64,000 nt of DNA. It comes from Zootoca vivipara. Taxonomy: Eukaryota. The notes under the pieces were generated by a model. It saw nothing but the letters and a program-made list of their open reading frames with translations. It made no database searches and was not told where the DNA came from. The position numbers and the translations under genes are program-made. This document shows, piece by piece, positions 23,501-34,305 of the stretch. The stretch lies in NCBI RefSeq assembly GCF_963506605.1, contig NC_083279.1, forward strand, positions 71,486,001 through 71,550,000, written 5' to 3'. Positions within the stretch are counted from its first letter, which is position 1; the number at the start of each line of letters is the position of its first letter.

Positions 23501-26500
23501 GCTTTTAGGATTTATTGAATTGGCAAAACTAACCGCAGTAATAAGATATTAAACAATCCAGAAACTAAGATCACAATGAAAATGATTTGAAAAATAGATG
23601 AGCAAACACTGTCTAAAGACAACATGCTGATATGTCTAGATTAAGTTGGTAAAGTTGATTCAGAAAACAAAATATTAGTTACATAACAATACTAAAGATG
23701 AGAGTTACAAATTGCAATATAAATAAAGAATATAATAAACATAAGAAATGACGGACACTGGTGGAGGGAAGTCATGTAGGTGTAACATATATGTTTGTTA
23801 CAGGTAGGTAGCCGTGTTGGTCTGAGTCGAAACAAAATAAAAAAATTCCTTCAGTAGCACCTTAAAGACCAACTAAGTTTTTATTTTGGTATGAGCTTTT
23901 GTGTGCATGCACACTTCATCAGTCTATCTGATGAAGTGTGCATGCACACGAAAACTCATACCAAAATAAAAACTTAGTTGGTCTTTAAGGTGCTACTGAA
24001 GGAATTTTTCTATATATGTTTGTATTTTTGTATTGTCGGTATTTGTATTGTCGGTATTTGGTTGTAGTTTTAATGTGTGTGCATTGTATATAATAACTTT
24101 TTTTTAAAAAAGGCTGCCCATTATGCAACGAGCCCTTGGACTGGGTTTCTCTGCCCCTGGAATAAACAAACAAATATTTTTTGTTGTTACATCTGAATGC
24201 AGCACTCTATGTGAACGCTCAGTCTGTATTGGGTGAGCTATCTTATGAGGGAAGATTGCAGAAAGCTTCCTTTTCGGTGCAGGAAGCTCATCTTACAGGC
24301 ATCTAGTAACAAGAAAAGCAAGGTGATGGGGGATAATAGGTTTGAATGTCCTCTTTCCCCCCATCAGATTGGCTGACTGTCGTCCTTATTGTCCTTGGCG
24401 GCCTCCTCCTCCTCATGCTGATAGGGGTGTGCTGGTGCCAGTGCTGCCCTCAGCATTGCTGCTGCCATGTGCGCTGTGCCTGCTGCCCAACTCGCTGCTG
24501 CTGCAATGAAAAAGGTAAATCGGAAAGCAGGGCGTCTGCCCCTTGCGTTTGTTCCCAGGGAAACAATAACAACAAAATAGGTGTATTGAACCAAAGTCTT
24601 TTTTGTGTACGCTTCAACGACAAGCGTACATCCTCTGTGGGATTTGGGGTGGTCATAGAGGGGGAATACTGCTCAGTTGGAAACCTGACTGCATGTTATC
24701 CAAAATGTACAGTCATACCTCGGTTTAAGTACGCCTCGGTTTGAGTATTTTCAGTTTAAGTACTCTGTGGACCTGTCTGGAACTGATTAATCTACTTTCC
24801 ATTACTTTCAATGGGAAAGTTTGCTTCAGGTTAAGTACGCTTCAGTTTAAGTACTCCACGGACCATCTGGAATGTATTAATCCACATTCCATTACATTCA
24901 ATAGGAAAGTTCGCTTCAGGTTAAGTACGCTTCAGGTTAAGTACAGACTTCCGGAACCAATTGTGTTTGTAAACCAAGGTACCACTGTACACAAATAGGA
25001 GGGCCTTCATAGTTTCCTCCAAGTAGTTCAAACTCATGTTTTATCCTCACACCAACCCTGTGAAGTAGATTAGAATAAGAGACCATGATTAGCCTAAGCC
25101 TAAAGTCACCCAGTGAGCTTCATGGCTGCGTCAGGTTTTGAACCCTGGTCTCCCAGGTCCCTGATATGAAATTCTAACCACTATGCCCCATCTCCATCCC
25201 TTTCTGCCATTTGTGTTTACTCTTTCAGCATGTATAAATGCTCTCTTCATGGAACATGCTGAAGTAGACCATAATTTTATGTTAAGGGCATTGTGTAGGA
25301 CAGAGTTTGCTAAACTATTGGGGCCCATGGACACATTTGTGAACCGGAGAAACAGTCACAAACATCTTGTGTATTTATTAAATTTATTGCCCACCTTTCA
25401 GCAGCACAACACACACACACACATAAATATAATGCAGACTATTCTATTGGCTACAATAGAATACTTCTTTTAAGCCTTATTTCAGCAGGGGGAGTGGAGT
25501 CTGTGGGCGCCAGGAAAGTCCTCTGCCGGGACTACATTGGCAAAGCCCCGGTGTGAAGGAATTCAGGATTGCACTTTTAATGTTAGAAAATTTAGTGTCT
25601 CCAGAGTAAATATCCGTCTGAAATCAAAACCACACATTTGGTGCAGACAGACTGTATTTTTTCATGCCATCCCAATCTTGGAGCGGTGCAAGATTCCAGG
25701 GGTTCCAGGCATTCTAAACCAAGCAAGGAGGAACCTCCCTGTCACTAATTTTGGCTTCCAATATTGCTATTCTATAAAATGGAGAGAGAGAAAAAGATCT
25801 CCAGAGTTCTTGAGTGTACCTGTATAACATTTATTGCTTTTTTTCTATCCTCTAGTGCTGGAACGACATCAGTTTATGAAACAGGCTCAACAACTTTTCC
25901 CATGGATGACACACCACTCCCAGTCATCTTCATATCAACTAAACCCGTTGTTACAGAGAGGTAGGGCTGCGTCTACAAGTCCCAAGGGAGTGAATATATT
26001 ACAGCAGTTTAATGACTTGGATGCTTGTGGTTTGGCTTGATGATGATGCCTCTCTCAGAGGTGAAAGAGCGTCAGTGGCTACCAACCCAGCTGCTCAGAG
26101 GTGGTGAGGGTCAGGGCTGAGTTTATTCGTTACACAGGCAAGTGGAAGCATGTAATCTAGTATCTGTAAAGACTTGGCATCTTGTTTCCCATAGTGACAA
26201 ACCAGTTGTTTTGGAGAAAGCCCAACAAATGTTTCTGGGAAATCCACAACCAGGGAGTGAAGAAGAGAAACCTCTCCCGTTGTTTTGGGGGGTGTTTCTT
26301 TTCTCGTCCATCTGCAAACCTTGAAGTTTCCCAGGCCTATTGGTTCCTCTCTTTTGTACATGAATGGAGCAGCTCTGGGCTCCATGAGGATCCACACTCA
26401 CAGAATTAGATTTCTACCGTGTTTCTCATATTATAAGACACGTCTTATATTTATTTTTTCCTAAAAAACACACACTATGGCTTATTTTCAAGGGGTGTCT

Positions 26501-26832
26501 TATTTTTTTCCTCCTCCTCCTGCCGCGGCCGGCATTGCTGCTGCGCCTATCACTATGTCTTATTTTCGGGGTATGGCTTATATTCCTTGAATGCTTAAAA
26601 ATCCTGCTATGGCTTATTTTATGGGTATGTCTTAAAATATGAGAAACAGGGTATTTGCATTTAAGAAAGATTGCCCTTCTGTGGATTTCTTTTTGTAATC
26701 CACGTTTAAAGCCATCTAAGCTATTCGCCATAATTACATCTTGTAGTATAGTGAACTCCATAGATTAATTATGCCTTGTGTGGTGATGTAGTTTATCTGT
26801 CTTGAATCCACTGTCATCCAATTTCATTGGGT

Positions 26833-26913
<81 letters not shown>

Positions 26914-29900
26914 CTTTTCTATCCTAGGCAAAATTTTAGAAACTGAGTTGCTTTTGTTTTCTAAACTTAAAATGCTCCAAACAATTACTGTTATTTATTA
27001 AATTTATATACAGCCCTTCACCCAAAGATCACAATGTAGCTTTTTCTCCTAAGGAAAGTCCTTGTTGATTCCTTTGCCTCCCATTTTTCTGCACTTTTTG
27101 AAGCTGTCTTTTTGGCAATTGGGTGATCAAAACAGGTACTTGCCAATGAGGTCACACCCACTGTATATGCATTTGGCGCAGACCAAGTTTAAACAAGTTG
27201 ATCTGCTGCTTCTACATCTAGTTTGAGTCTCTGTCTTAATGCTGAATTGGAAGTCTTTACTTCAGGTCAACGAAATCTGTGCCGCCACCGTCCCAGATGC
27301 TGTTGTCCTCCAGCTCCCATCAGCCCAAGCCAGCATGGCCACTGGTTAGGGATGATGGAAGCTTTGGTCAAGCAACATCTCAGAGGGACACAGTTTCCCA
27401 GTTCGTCTTGACCTGGCTTTTTCTCATGGCAGGTGTCTTTCTTCCCCCTCCCCACCTTCTGTTCCATAGATGTGTCTCTGCAGAGCAGTCAGCCACGGAT
27501 GCCTCCACTTACCCAGTTTCCCTCCAACAAGATCTTGGAGCAGCTTGAGTCTGAGGTTAGGAACCTCGGCGTTTCCCAGCCCGTGATACCTCCGCACCGC
27601 GTTGAGAGCAGTCGTCACCCTAGCATCCTCTCCTCTCTGGGCTCAGAGATCGTGGAACGCAGAGTGATCCAGCTGCCTCCCATCATTGAGCGTATCCCAT
27701 CCTCCCGCAGAACTAGTGGTTCGTCACGACCACGGCGGTCGACATACGCCTCGCGACCCCGGAGCCAGGCAAGTGACGACGAGAGGGAGAGGAGGAGGAG
27801 GCGCTTGTCTTTGGATGAAGAAGATGATTCCTACTCCAGTTACGACCAGGAACTCCGGAGCAGACCTAGAGACCGCAGAGTCGAGAGGCAGAGGGCTGGC
27901 AGCCATTATGACAGGTCTCGGAGTTCTAGGCCAGACTTATCTCCCATTTTGCATGGTAGGAACAGTTCCGACTCGTATCCTGAGGAGGATAGAAGGGAGC
28001 ATTCTGCACGGCATCCCTCTGACAGAAGGTATTCAGGGCAGCGGGCTTATCGACCTCTCAGTCAGAGGAGCAGGGACTCCGATCGCCAGGGCCGCCGCCG
28101 CCGCCATCGCAGCTGTTCTCCACCATCCCGCCGGGAGTCTTGGAGTTCATCTGATGAGTACGAGCGCTTCCAAGGGAACAGCAGGCGGCATCGCCGCCAG
28201 CGCCACTCTCCAGACTGGCCAGAGAAACCCCCTAGTTACCGCTCGGTAGAAATCGTCCCAGCCAAAGGCGACAAAGCCAGAAGCCTTGCGGAGCAGCAAT
28301 CGGTAAAATAAGTGTGACAAATATTATCTTTCACAATCTCATGGGTATGTAGCTTTGCACCCTGCTACAGGCTACTCTCTGGCGGAGGCTGAAGACAGGC
28401 ACCATACAGAAAGGGGGGGCATGTGCATTTGCACAGGGCTGCTTTCTAAAGCTTATGCCCCTGTTCAAAGACACATGAATAGGCTCAAGAGAAGCATGGT
28501 CAAGCTCATGGCTATTTCTGAGTGAGGCAAACCAGGCCCTGCTTGCCTCAAGCCTACAAACGCTTCTCCTTGCTCTGACAAGGGCTCAACAACTTACCAG
28601 GACTGGGGCATGGCAGTAAGTAAGAAAGGGAGTTAGTGGGGAGGTGCTCTGGGGTGGGGGCAGAGAAGCCATCAGACTGAGAACAGAAGGTGATGCACCT
28701 TTTATTTTAGGCCATTGAGGTGCTTTTTCTAGCTATTGGGTATGTGGGAGCATCCATTCTTGCCCAAGAGCAAATAACGAAACAAAGCACTCCATCCAAG
28801 AAGCTTCAGATTCTCTTCTTGGCCAGCATGGTGTTGCTTTTCTGGTTTGGGACATGATTTGAGTTCTAGTTTCTGCTTTGAGTTCCATGCCCGGGGGGGG
28901 GGGGGGGACTTGCTGGCTTTTTATTATTTTTCCAACCGGGCTGCCATTTCTGCATTGCCTCCTTCTGCTGCTGCCCCAACCCTCCCTGGTAAGTTGCTGG
29001 GCTCTTACAAAGAAGAGCATTTGCATGGAAGCACAGTTGTTGTTTTTGCAAGCGCTCACTTTGAGCACGTGCAAGAATGGAGCCCCTTTTAAGACAAATG
29101 GTAGGAAAGCCTTGCACATCTTTAGAAAGGAAGCTCTCCAGTGTTGTTTGTCTGCAGCATGCTAGTGAATCAAACATTGATATGGCCTGGCCCAGTTGAT
29201 GAGAGTCAAAACTGTACATGACTTGTCTCATGTAGTTCTCCGAAGAGAAAGGTAGTGGTAGTTGTGGTTTTCACAAGTGGGCAGGGGTAGGTGAAAATCT
29301 GGATTAGAAAACTAGCATTAGGGTCAGACCTGGATCAGATACCTTTCTACTGCTGGTCTGATCTGAGTCAGGGGCTCCACATTAGCATTTTCAACGGAAC
29401 CTTTTTATGCATTGCAAATTATACATGCAGGCAGCCCAAAGGTTTAAAGCCCCCACCTCCCACTCTAAGGCCCTAATCTGGATCAAGCCCTCACACCAAT
29501 TTATTTGTAAAAAAAACCCAAACTGTGCACACTCCAAAAACAAGACAAAATACCTTGCACACAGAGGTGGAGCTGTGAGACTGGCCTTAAAGCACCCAGC
29601 TGCAGTGGCGCTTCGTTTACCAGCTGAAGGAGGAGAAGACACCTGCCGTGAGACGAGAGGGGCAGGAATGGTAATTCCAGCTTGATTCACCAGTATCTGA
29701 TAGTTATTAATATCCAAAATTGCATTGCTGTGAACCACCCTTCTGTATTGCATCCATCTTCAACCAGAGGGAGCCTCATGAGTGCTATAGGCCCCACTGG
29801 CGGAGGAAGAGGAGTGCAGGGGGAGTGCAGCGCCCCCAGTAGCGCGATCCCAGTGGAGTGCCATCGTGGCTGTCTCCCGCCCGCGCTGGGTGGCATGCCA

Positions 29901-30316
29901 CGCCCCCAAGACACATGCCACATCCCCTCAGGTGGCGCGCCACGCCCCCGGGACGCGCGCCAGCCCTGCCGCCATCTGCTCTCCGCCCCCCCAGTGCCGG
30001 AGCATGAAGCTCCGCCACTGATCAGCCCCAAATAGCTTGTACAAAGGTTCGAAATTTTGGAGCTAATTAACAGCATCCATCGTTCAGATGAGCATCATTC
30101 AGATCAAGCGGTCTCAAATCAGACTGTGGTTGAGTTAGCTCAGTAGGGAAAGTATTGCTGTTTAACAGCCTGGAAGGGAGGGAGGGTAAGAATGAATTAT
30201 AAGTGACCTGTTGCACTGTCCCCCATTATGGCTGCTTACCAGCTGCTTACTAGCTTTTTTTTTTTTTCTTCTAGGAGAAAGGCAGTTCTCGCAGTGGAAG
30301 AAGTGTTGTCATTTAG
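17489..30316 (+). CDS. ILDR1: Immunoglobulin-like domain-containing receptor 1 (angulin-2), 8 exons, 543 aa
   Basis: Exons 17489-17552, 20447-20617, 22245-22394, 22958-23077, 24368-24514, 25856-25960, 27470-28302, 30275-30316 total 1632 nt with consistent phases. Signal peptide, Ig-V domain ([16 protein letters not shown]...[10 protein letters not shown]), TM helix, Cys-rich stretch, RS-rich tail with KPPSY, and C-terminal SGRSVVI as in ILDR1. Confidence 0.96.
18077..18440 (+). mobile_element. Sauria SINE
   Basis: tRNA-like head with B-box-like GGTTCGAATCC; ACCTTTACCTTT tail. Confidence 0.88.
20447..20617 (+). CDS. ILDR1: ILDR1 exon 2 (Ig domain start)
   Basis: 171 bp, TTGCAG/GTGAGT. Confidence 0.93.
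21808..22212 (-). mobile_element. Probable solo LTR in ILDR1 intron 2
   Basis: TGTTGG start on -, AATAAA on - near 21943, ATTT 4-bp flanks. Confidence 0.45.
22245..22394 (+). CDS. ILDR1: ILDR1 exon 3 ([21 protein letters not shown]...ITIQN)
   Basis: 150 bp, TTACAG/GTAAGA. Confidence 0.93.
22494..22812 (-). mobile_element. Sauria SINE
   Basis: Same core and tail as the other copies. Confidence 0.88.
22958..23077 (+). CDS. ILDR1: ILDR1 exon 4 ([18 protein letters not shown]...KLIVL)
   Basis: 120 bp, CATAG/GTACGT. Confidence 0.93.
23375..23790 (+). mobile_element. L1-type LINE 3' fragment
   Basis: [18 protein letters not shown]...[10 protein letters not shown] resembles the L1 ORF2 C-terminus; A-rich tail. 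Confidence 0.65.
23800..24009. mobile_element. Penelope-like inverted terminal pair (about 82-bp arms)
   Basis: 23841-23922 is the near-perfect reverse complement of 23928-24009. Confidence 0.7.
24368..24514 (+). CDS. ILDR1: ILDR1 exon 5 (TM and Cys-rich region)
   Basis: 147 bp, ATCAG/GTAAAT. Confidence 0.93.
24710..24987. mobile_element. Tc1/mariner (Tigger-like) MITE
   Basis: Termini CAGTCATACCTCGG...CCAAGGTACCACTG, TA TSD, internal duplication. Confidence 0.8.
25856..25960 (+). CDS. ILDR1: ILDR1 exon 6 ([11 protein letters not shown]...NPLLQR)
   Basis: 105 bp, TCTAG/GTAGGG. Confidence 0.9.
26417..26651. mobile_element. Tc1/mariner (Tc2-like) MITE
   Basis: TIRs CCGTGTTTCTCATATTATAAGAC / GTCTTAAAATATGAGAAACAGG, TA flanks. 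Confidence 0.75.
26834..26907. repeat. Compound (CA)n(GA)n microsatellite
   Basis: Direct observation. Confidence 0.95.
27470..28302 (+). CDS. ILDR1: ILDR1 exon 7 (RS-rich cytoplasmic domain)
   Basis: 833 bp, CATAG/GTAAAA, within ORF 27433..28311. Confidence 0.93.
30275..30316 (+). CDS. ILDR1: ILDR1 exon 8 ([13 protein letters not shown])
   Basis: Long poly-T acceptor CTTCTAG; PDZ-binding-type C-terminus; stop TAG. Confidence 0.92.
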   Translation, partial: EKGSSRSGRSVVI

Positions 30317-32084
30317 CATTTTCTTCCTGCTATTGTAAAAAAATGTCTGCAAATCAAAACAGTCATTAGCTGTTCAGTGTAGCAGCTACCAAGAGGAATC
30401 TGTTTCATCTCAACCACCTTCAGCCTGGATTTCCTCACCTTGGACACTGAAGCAGGAATGAGATGGAACTCCTTTTCAACAACATCTAGTTCCCGACAGT
30501 TGGCTTTTAAAAACATGCTTTGTACAGGAATAATTTGTACAAGAATAATTGCTAACTGCATACCCAATACATGTTGAAATTAACTGATTGCCAATGGCCT
30601 GACTCAGAGCCTGACGAAAGTAGCCTTGGATTGCATCAGACTTTGCAGTTTAATATTTACATGAACCAGTTACTGAATGAACTGTACAAAACAGCTCAGT
30701 TACTGAGCAATGTGAGCAAACAGAAATTAACCAATATAAACATTATGGGAATTTGGTATTGTAATTAAGGTAACTCACAAGTTATGTGCATTTAACTTAA
30801 ACACATTCAGCTTTACATGGTTGGCAGTTAAATAATAAAAATAATAAAAGGGGGGGCAGGTATCCAGGAAAAAAGATTTTGGCAATACCACAAGGAATTG
30901 AACCCAACACGTTTTGGCTATATGTGATTTTAGCTTTACACGCTATCCCCGGAACATAACCCCCGTGTAAGTTGAGAGTTGCCTGTACATTGATCACCAA
31001 TGTCCATTAGGACCTAAGGCCTGGTTCATAGATGCACTTTCATCACTTGATGGCCGACAGATGAACAGGCTCCCATTGACTTGTGTTCAAGGAGACTTGT
31101 GTGAGCCGTGAGACATTTTTGCTGGCCCAAGGCAGCCCTGCCAAATTCTTAGGATTTTCTTGTCCTGCTGCAGGCCCCCCGTTCCCCCATCTCGCAGCAT
31201 GCTAAACTGGCAATCTTCCACCCTCTCTGGAGTGCCTTAGGGAGGGAGAAGTAGAGGGGGAGCCAGGAGAGCTCCATTGTACCAGTGGTATCCCACTATT
31301 TCTCCTCTGGATCTATCCCATTGAGTTTGGCTCGAGGAAAAATGAAAATTCTGTTCTAGAGCCAGAGTGGTGCTGTGACTGCAGTGTTGGACTTAATACC
31401 ATGGATACCCAGGTTCAAATTGGCCCCAACACCTAAATCACCTTTGGCCACTCCCTTCCTCTCAGACTAACCCTTCTCACAGAGTTGTTCTAAGGACATA
31501 AGAGGTGTTATAACGTATGCTGCTCTGAGCTCCTTAGACGAAAGATGGGATACTAAAATATGTGTGGTATCATTCAACAACACAGGTTATATGACGTGGG
31601 GAACAGGCTCAAATCAAAGTAGATAAATGTGATTTTTAAAAAAAACACTTCCTAAGGAACCCTTCTTTGTAGAAGCTTCCTCTTTTCAGATGATATATAG
31701 CAGAATGAAGGCTGCCTATAGCAGATATTTGCAGATACCAGATCACACTCAAATGGAGACTGAAGGTTATCTATTGTGTAATCATTTGATTTTTTTATAT
31801 CACAGACAATTAATGTGCACCCATATAACTGGTGTGCCACGAAGTGTAAACAGTAGCTAACAAGAATATTCATTCTGTTTATCATTTAACTTCTGTAAAG
31901 TGCATTTACCTGTTTTCTGAAATGTAATTGCATCTTCTACACTGTACTAAATGTGAAATAGATTGTTAGAGGCTGTCAATTATATGTAGATTTAACGAGT
32001 CGGGGATTGGTACAATATGTGTATTTTCCTTTCCTGTTTTTAAAAATATATCCTGGTGTTTTGGAGGGTTTGGGGTTTGGGGGG

Positions 32085-32624
32085 GTATTAATACCACTGT
32101 ATTCTGCTCTGGTCAGACCTCACCTGGAGTACTGTGTCCAGTTCTGGGCACCACAGTTCAAGAAGGATACTGATAAGCTGGAACGTGTCCAGAGGAGGGC
32201 AACCAAAATGGTCAAAGGCCTGGAAACAATGCCTTATGAGGAACGGCTTAGGGAGCTGGGTATGTTTAGCCTGGAGAAGAGAAGATTAAGGGGTGATATG
32301 ATAGCCATGTTCAAATATATAAAAGGATGTCATATGGAAGAGGGTGAAAGGTTGTTTTCTGCTGCTTCAGAGAAACGGACACGGAGCAATGTATTCAAAC
32401 TACAAGAAAGAAGATTCCACCTAAACATTAGGAAGAACTTCCTGACAGTAAGAGCTGTTCGACAGTGGAATTTGCTGCCAAGGAGTGTGGTGGAGTCTCC
32501 TTCTTTGGAGGTCTTTAAGCGGAGGCTTGACAGCCATCTGTCAGGAATGCTTTGATGGTGTTTCCTGCTTAGCAGGGGGTTGGACTGGATGGCCCTTATG
32601 GTCTCTTCCACCTCTATGATTCTA
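32085..32624 (+). mobile_element. Young CR1 LINE 3' part
   Basis: Uninterrupted RT C-terminal frame (ORF 32007..32555), CTATGATTCTAT tail, near-identical to the 7140-7912 copy. Confidence 0.93.
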
Positions 32625-33351
32625 TTACACAATAGTTTTTTTGTTTTTTTCACTTGAGCCAGTGATAGGTCACCTCATGATATGTCTGGGCTTCTAGGAA
32701 AAAGGAACCAGATGACCAAAAGGGCCAGTGCTAGCACCTGGCAACTTGAAGCAGTTGTTGGGACCCCAGTGGCTGGCAGGCCTCCCCTATGCCTGCTATT
32801 TGTGTCTCTGAGCTACCATTTGGATTTTTATATTTTTAAGAAAGGAAATTTGAATTCCATTTAAGAGCTTTGATTTACAGTTAGGTGGGTGTTACTGATT
32901 TTTAAATGTCAAATAACAGCAAAAAGCACAACAACCCAAAAGGAATACAGGGTAATGACAAGAGAAATAAAAAAATCAGTTAAGTGTTTTACAGCAAATA
33001 TAAACTCATAGGGGCCGCCCTGCTTTTCACTGCACTTGCCATCCTCATATGGCCCTTTGCCAACCACTCTTCCCTCACACCTGATCAACCCCTTTCCCTT
33101 TACATTTTACTCATCCCCTCCCCTATTGCCCACAACTTCCCCAAGCCCCACTTGCTTTTAAAGGAGGGGAAAGTGGCATGCTGCAAAATGTATTTGGAGG
33201 GCCCCATCAGGCCCCCCAAACCTGGAATTAATGACCCCAGGAGTAAAGGGTTAACTAAAACCTTCTACCATGTGATTGATCAGATTGTTTTCCTTGGGAC
33301 TCCACACTTCCGTACCTATCTATTGCAAAAGAGCAGATGTGGAGCAAGTAG

Positions 33352-33439
33352 AGACCTATGACCCCTTAAATACATCTATATGACACCAGTGAGTCTGCTT
33401 GGGTTTCAGAGGTGACATCAGCTGCTGCCAGTAAGAAAG
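33352..33439 (+). promoter_or_regulatory. APOV1: APOV1 proximal promoter (DR1 element, TATA-like box) and short non-coding exon 1
   Basis: AGACCTATGACCC (GGGTCA-T-AGGTCT on -, a DR1) at 33352-33364; TATA-like TATATGA at 33377-33383; strong donor AAAG|GTAAGT after 33439; fits the 4-exon layout with non-coding exon 1 recalled for chicken apoVLDL-II. Confidence 0.6.
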
Positions 33440-33611
33440 GTAAGTGAAAAATGATCTCTCTCTGTGTGTGTGTGTATATATATAATGCAGATCAGTTAGG
33501 GGAGATATTGAGCATGATACATTTCAAGAAATTTGAATGTGGAGTGCACCATTTTGTACTGTTTTTCATTCAACAATATGTCTTGGGTGGGCTATGGGGG
33601 ATATTCTCCAG

Positions 33612-33819
33612 TACAGGGGACGTTTTCGAACATCTCGGCTGCCAAATGTTTCGGAAGCCGAACGCTGAAAACCCGGAAGTGAATGCTCCTGTTTTCAAAC
33701 ACACCTTGAAAGTCAAATGGCTTCCGAGGCTCACACCCCTTTGATGCTCAGTTTCCGAATGTTTTGGAAGTCGATTGGTCTTCCGGAACAGATTACGTTC
33801 GAAAACCGAGGTTCCACTG
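33612..33819. mobile_element. Tigger-like MITE fragment in APOV1 intron 1
   Basis: Right end CCGAGGTTCCACTG-TA; related to 56344-56593. Confidence 0.6.
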
Positions 33820-34244
33820 TATTTGTTACAATTCTGGTGCTAGTACAGTACATATAATAAGTACTGTACAGTACATACTTGGCCACTGATTTGTGATGCA
33901 TTTTGTTAGGCAGGTGATTTTATTACTGATTTCAGGCTGTTTGTCACCATGTTATTTTTTTTTTCTTTTAAAAGAAAAAATAATGATGGTATAGAAAAAT
34001 AATAACAAAAATAATAACAAGAACTTGCACAAATGGATCCTGTGAACAGGTGCAGCAAAAGGGAAAAAGCAAATCGAAATTTGTAGCCGATTTCAGCAGT
34101 GCTATGTGTATTTGATTATTAGTCTCTATTCAAATGTGGTGGTGGTGTTGCATTTTCCTTACCAAATACTAACAGAGTGCTTTCTTTGCAGCACTCTGTA
34201 GAACTGTTGCACCAGAGTCTTCTGATACGGTGACCTAGTAGATC

Positions 34245-34305
34245 ATGCTTCAATATAAAGCTTGGGCTGTCACTCTAATCCTTCTCCTTGCAAATACCCT
34301 TACTG
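34245..34305 (+). CDS. APOV1: APOV1 exon 2, signal peptide
   Basis: Branch point TACTAAC 34167-34173, acceptor TTTCTTTGCAG (exon from 34192), ATG 34245, donor G|GTAAGA. Confidence 0.88.

Noticed and set aside
24710-24987. Regularly repeated TTCAGGTTAAGTAC units as a CRISPR-like array
   Set aside because: Internal sub-repeats of a TA-flanked Tigger-like MITE in a vertebrate intron; no unique spacers or cas genes
27686-28249. 187-aa alternative-frame ORF inside ILDR1 exon 7
   Set aside because: Non-ATG start in a GC-rich, low-complexity exon; no recognisable domain or independent start signal
32007-32555. 182-aa ORF as a host gene
   Set aside because: CR1 ORF2 C-terminus, repeated at 7140-7912 and 55241-55472
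34222-34236. CTGATAcggTGACCT as an estrogen response element in APOV1 exon 2
   Set aside because: Only one half-site matches; the left half is too degenerate
34245-34305. Signal-peptide exon first considered as CD86/CD80 (CD86 neighbours ILDR1 in human)
   Set aside because: No Ig-domain exons follow; the downstream exons splice in phase to an apovitellenin-like protein
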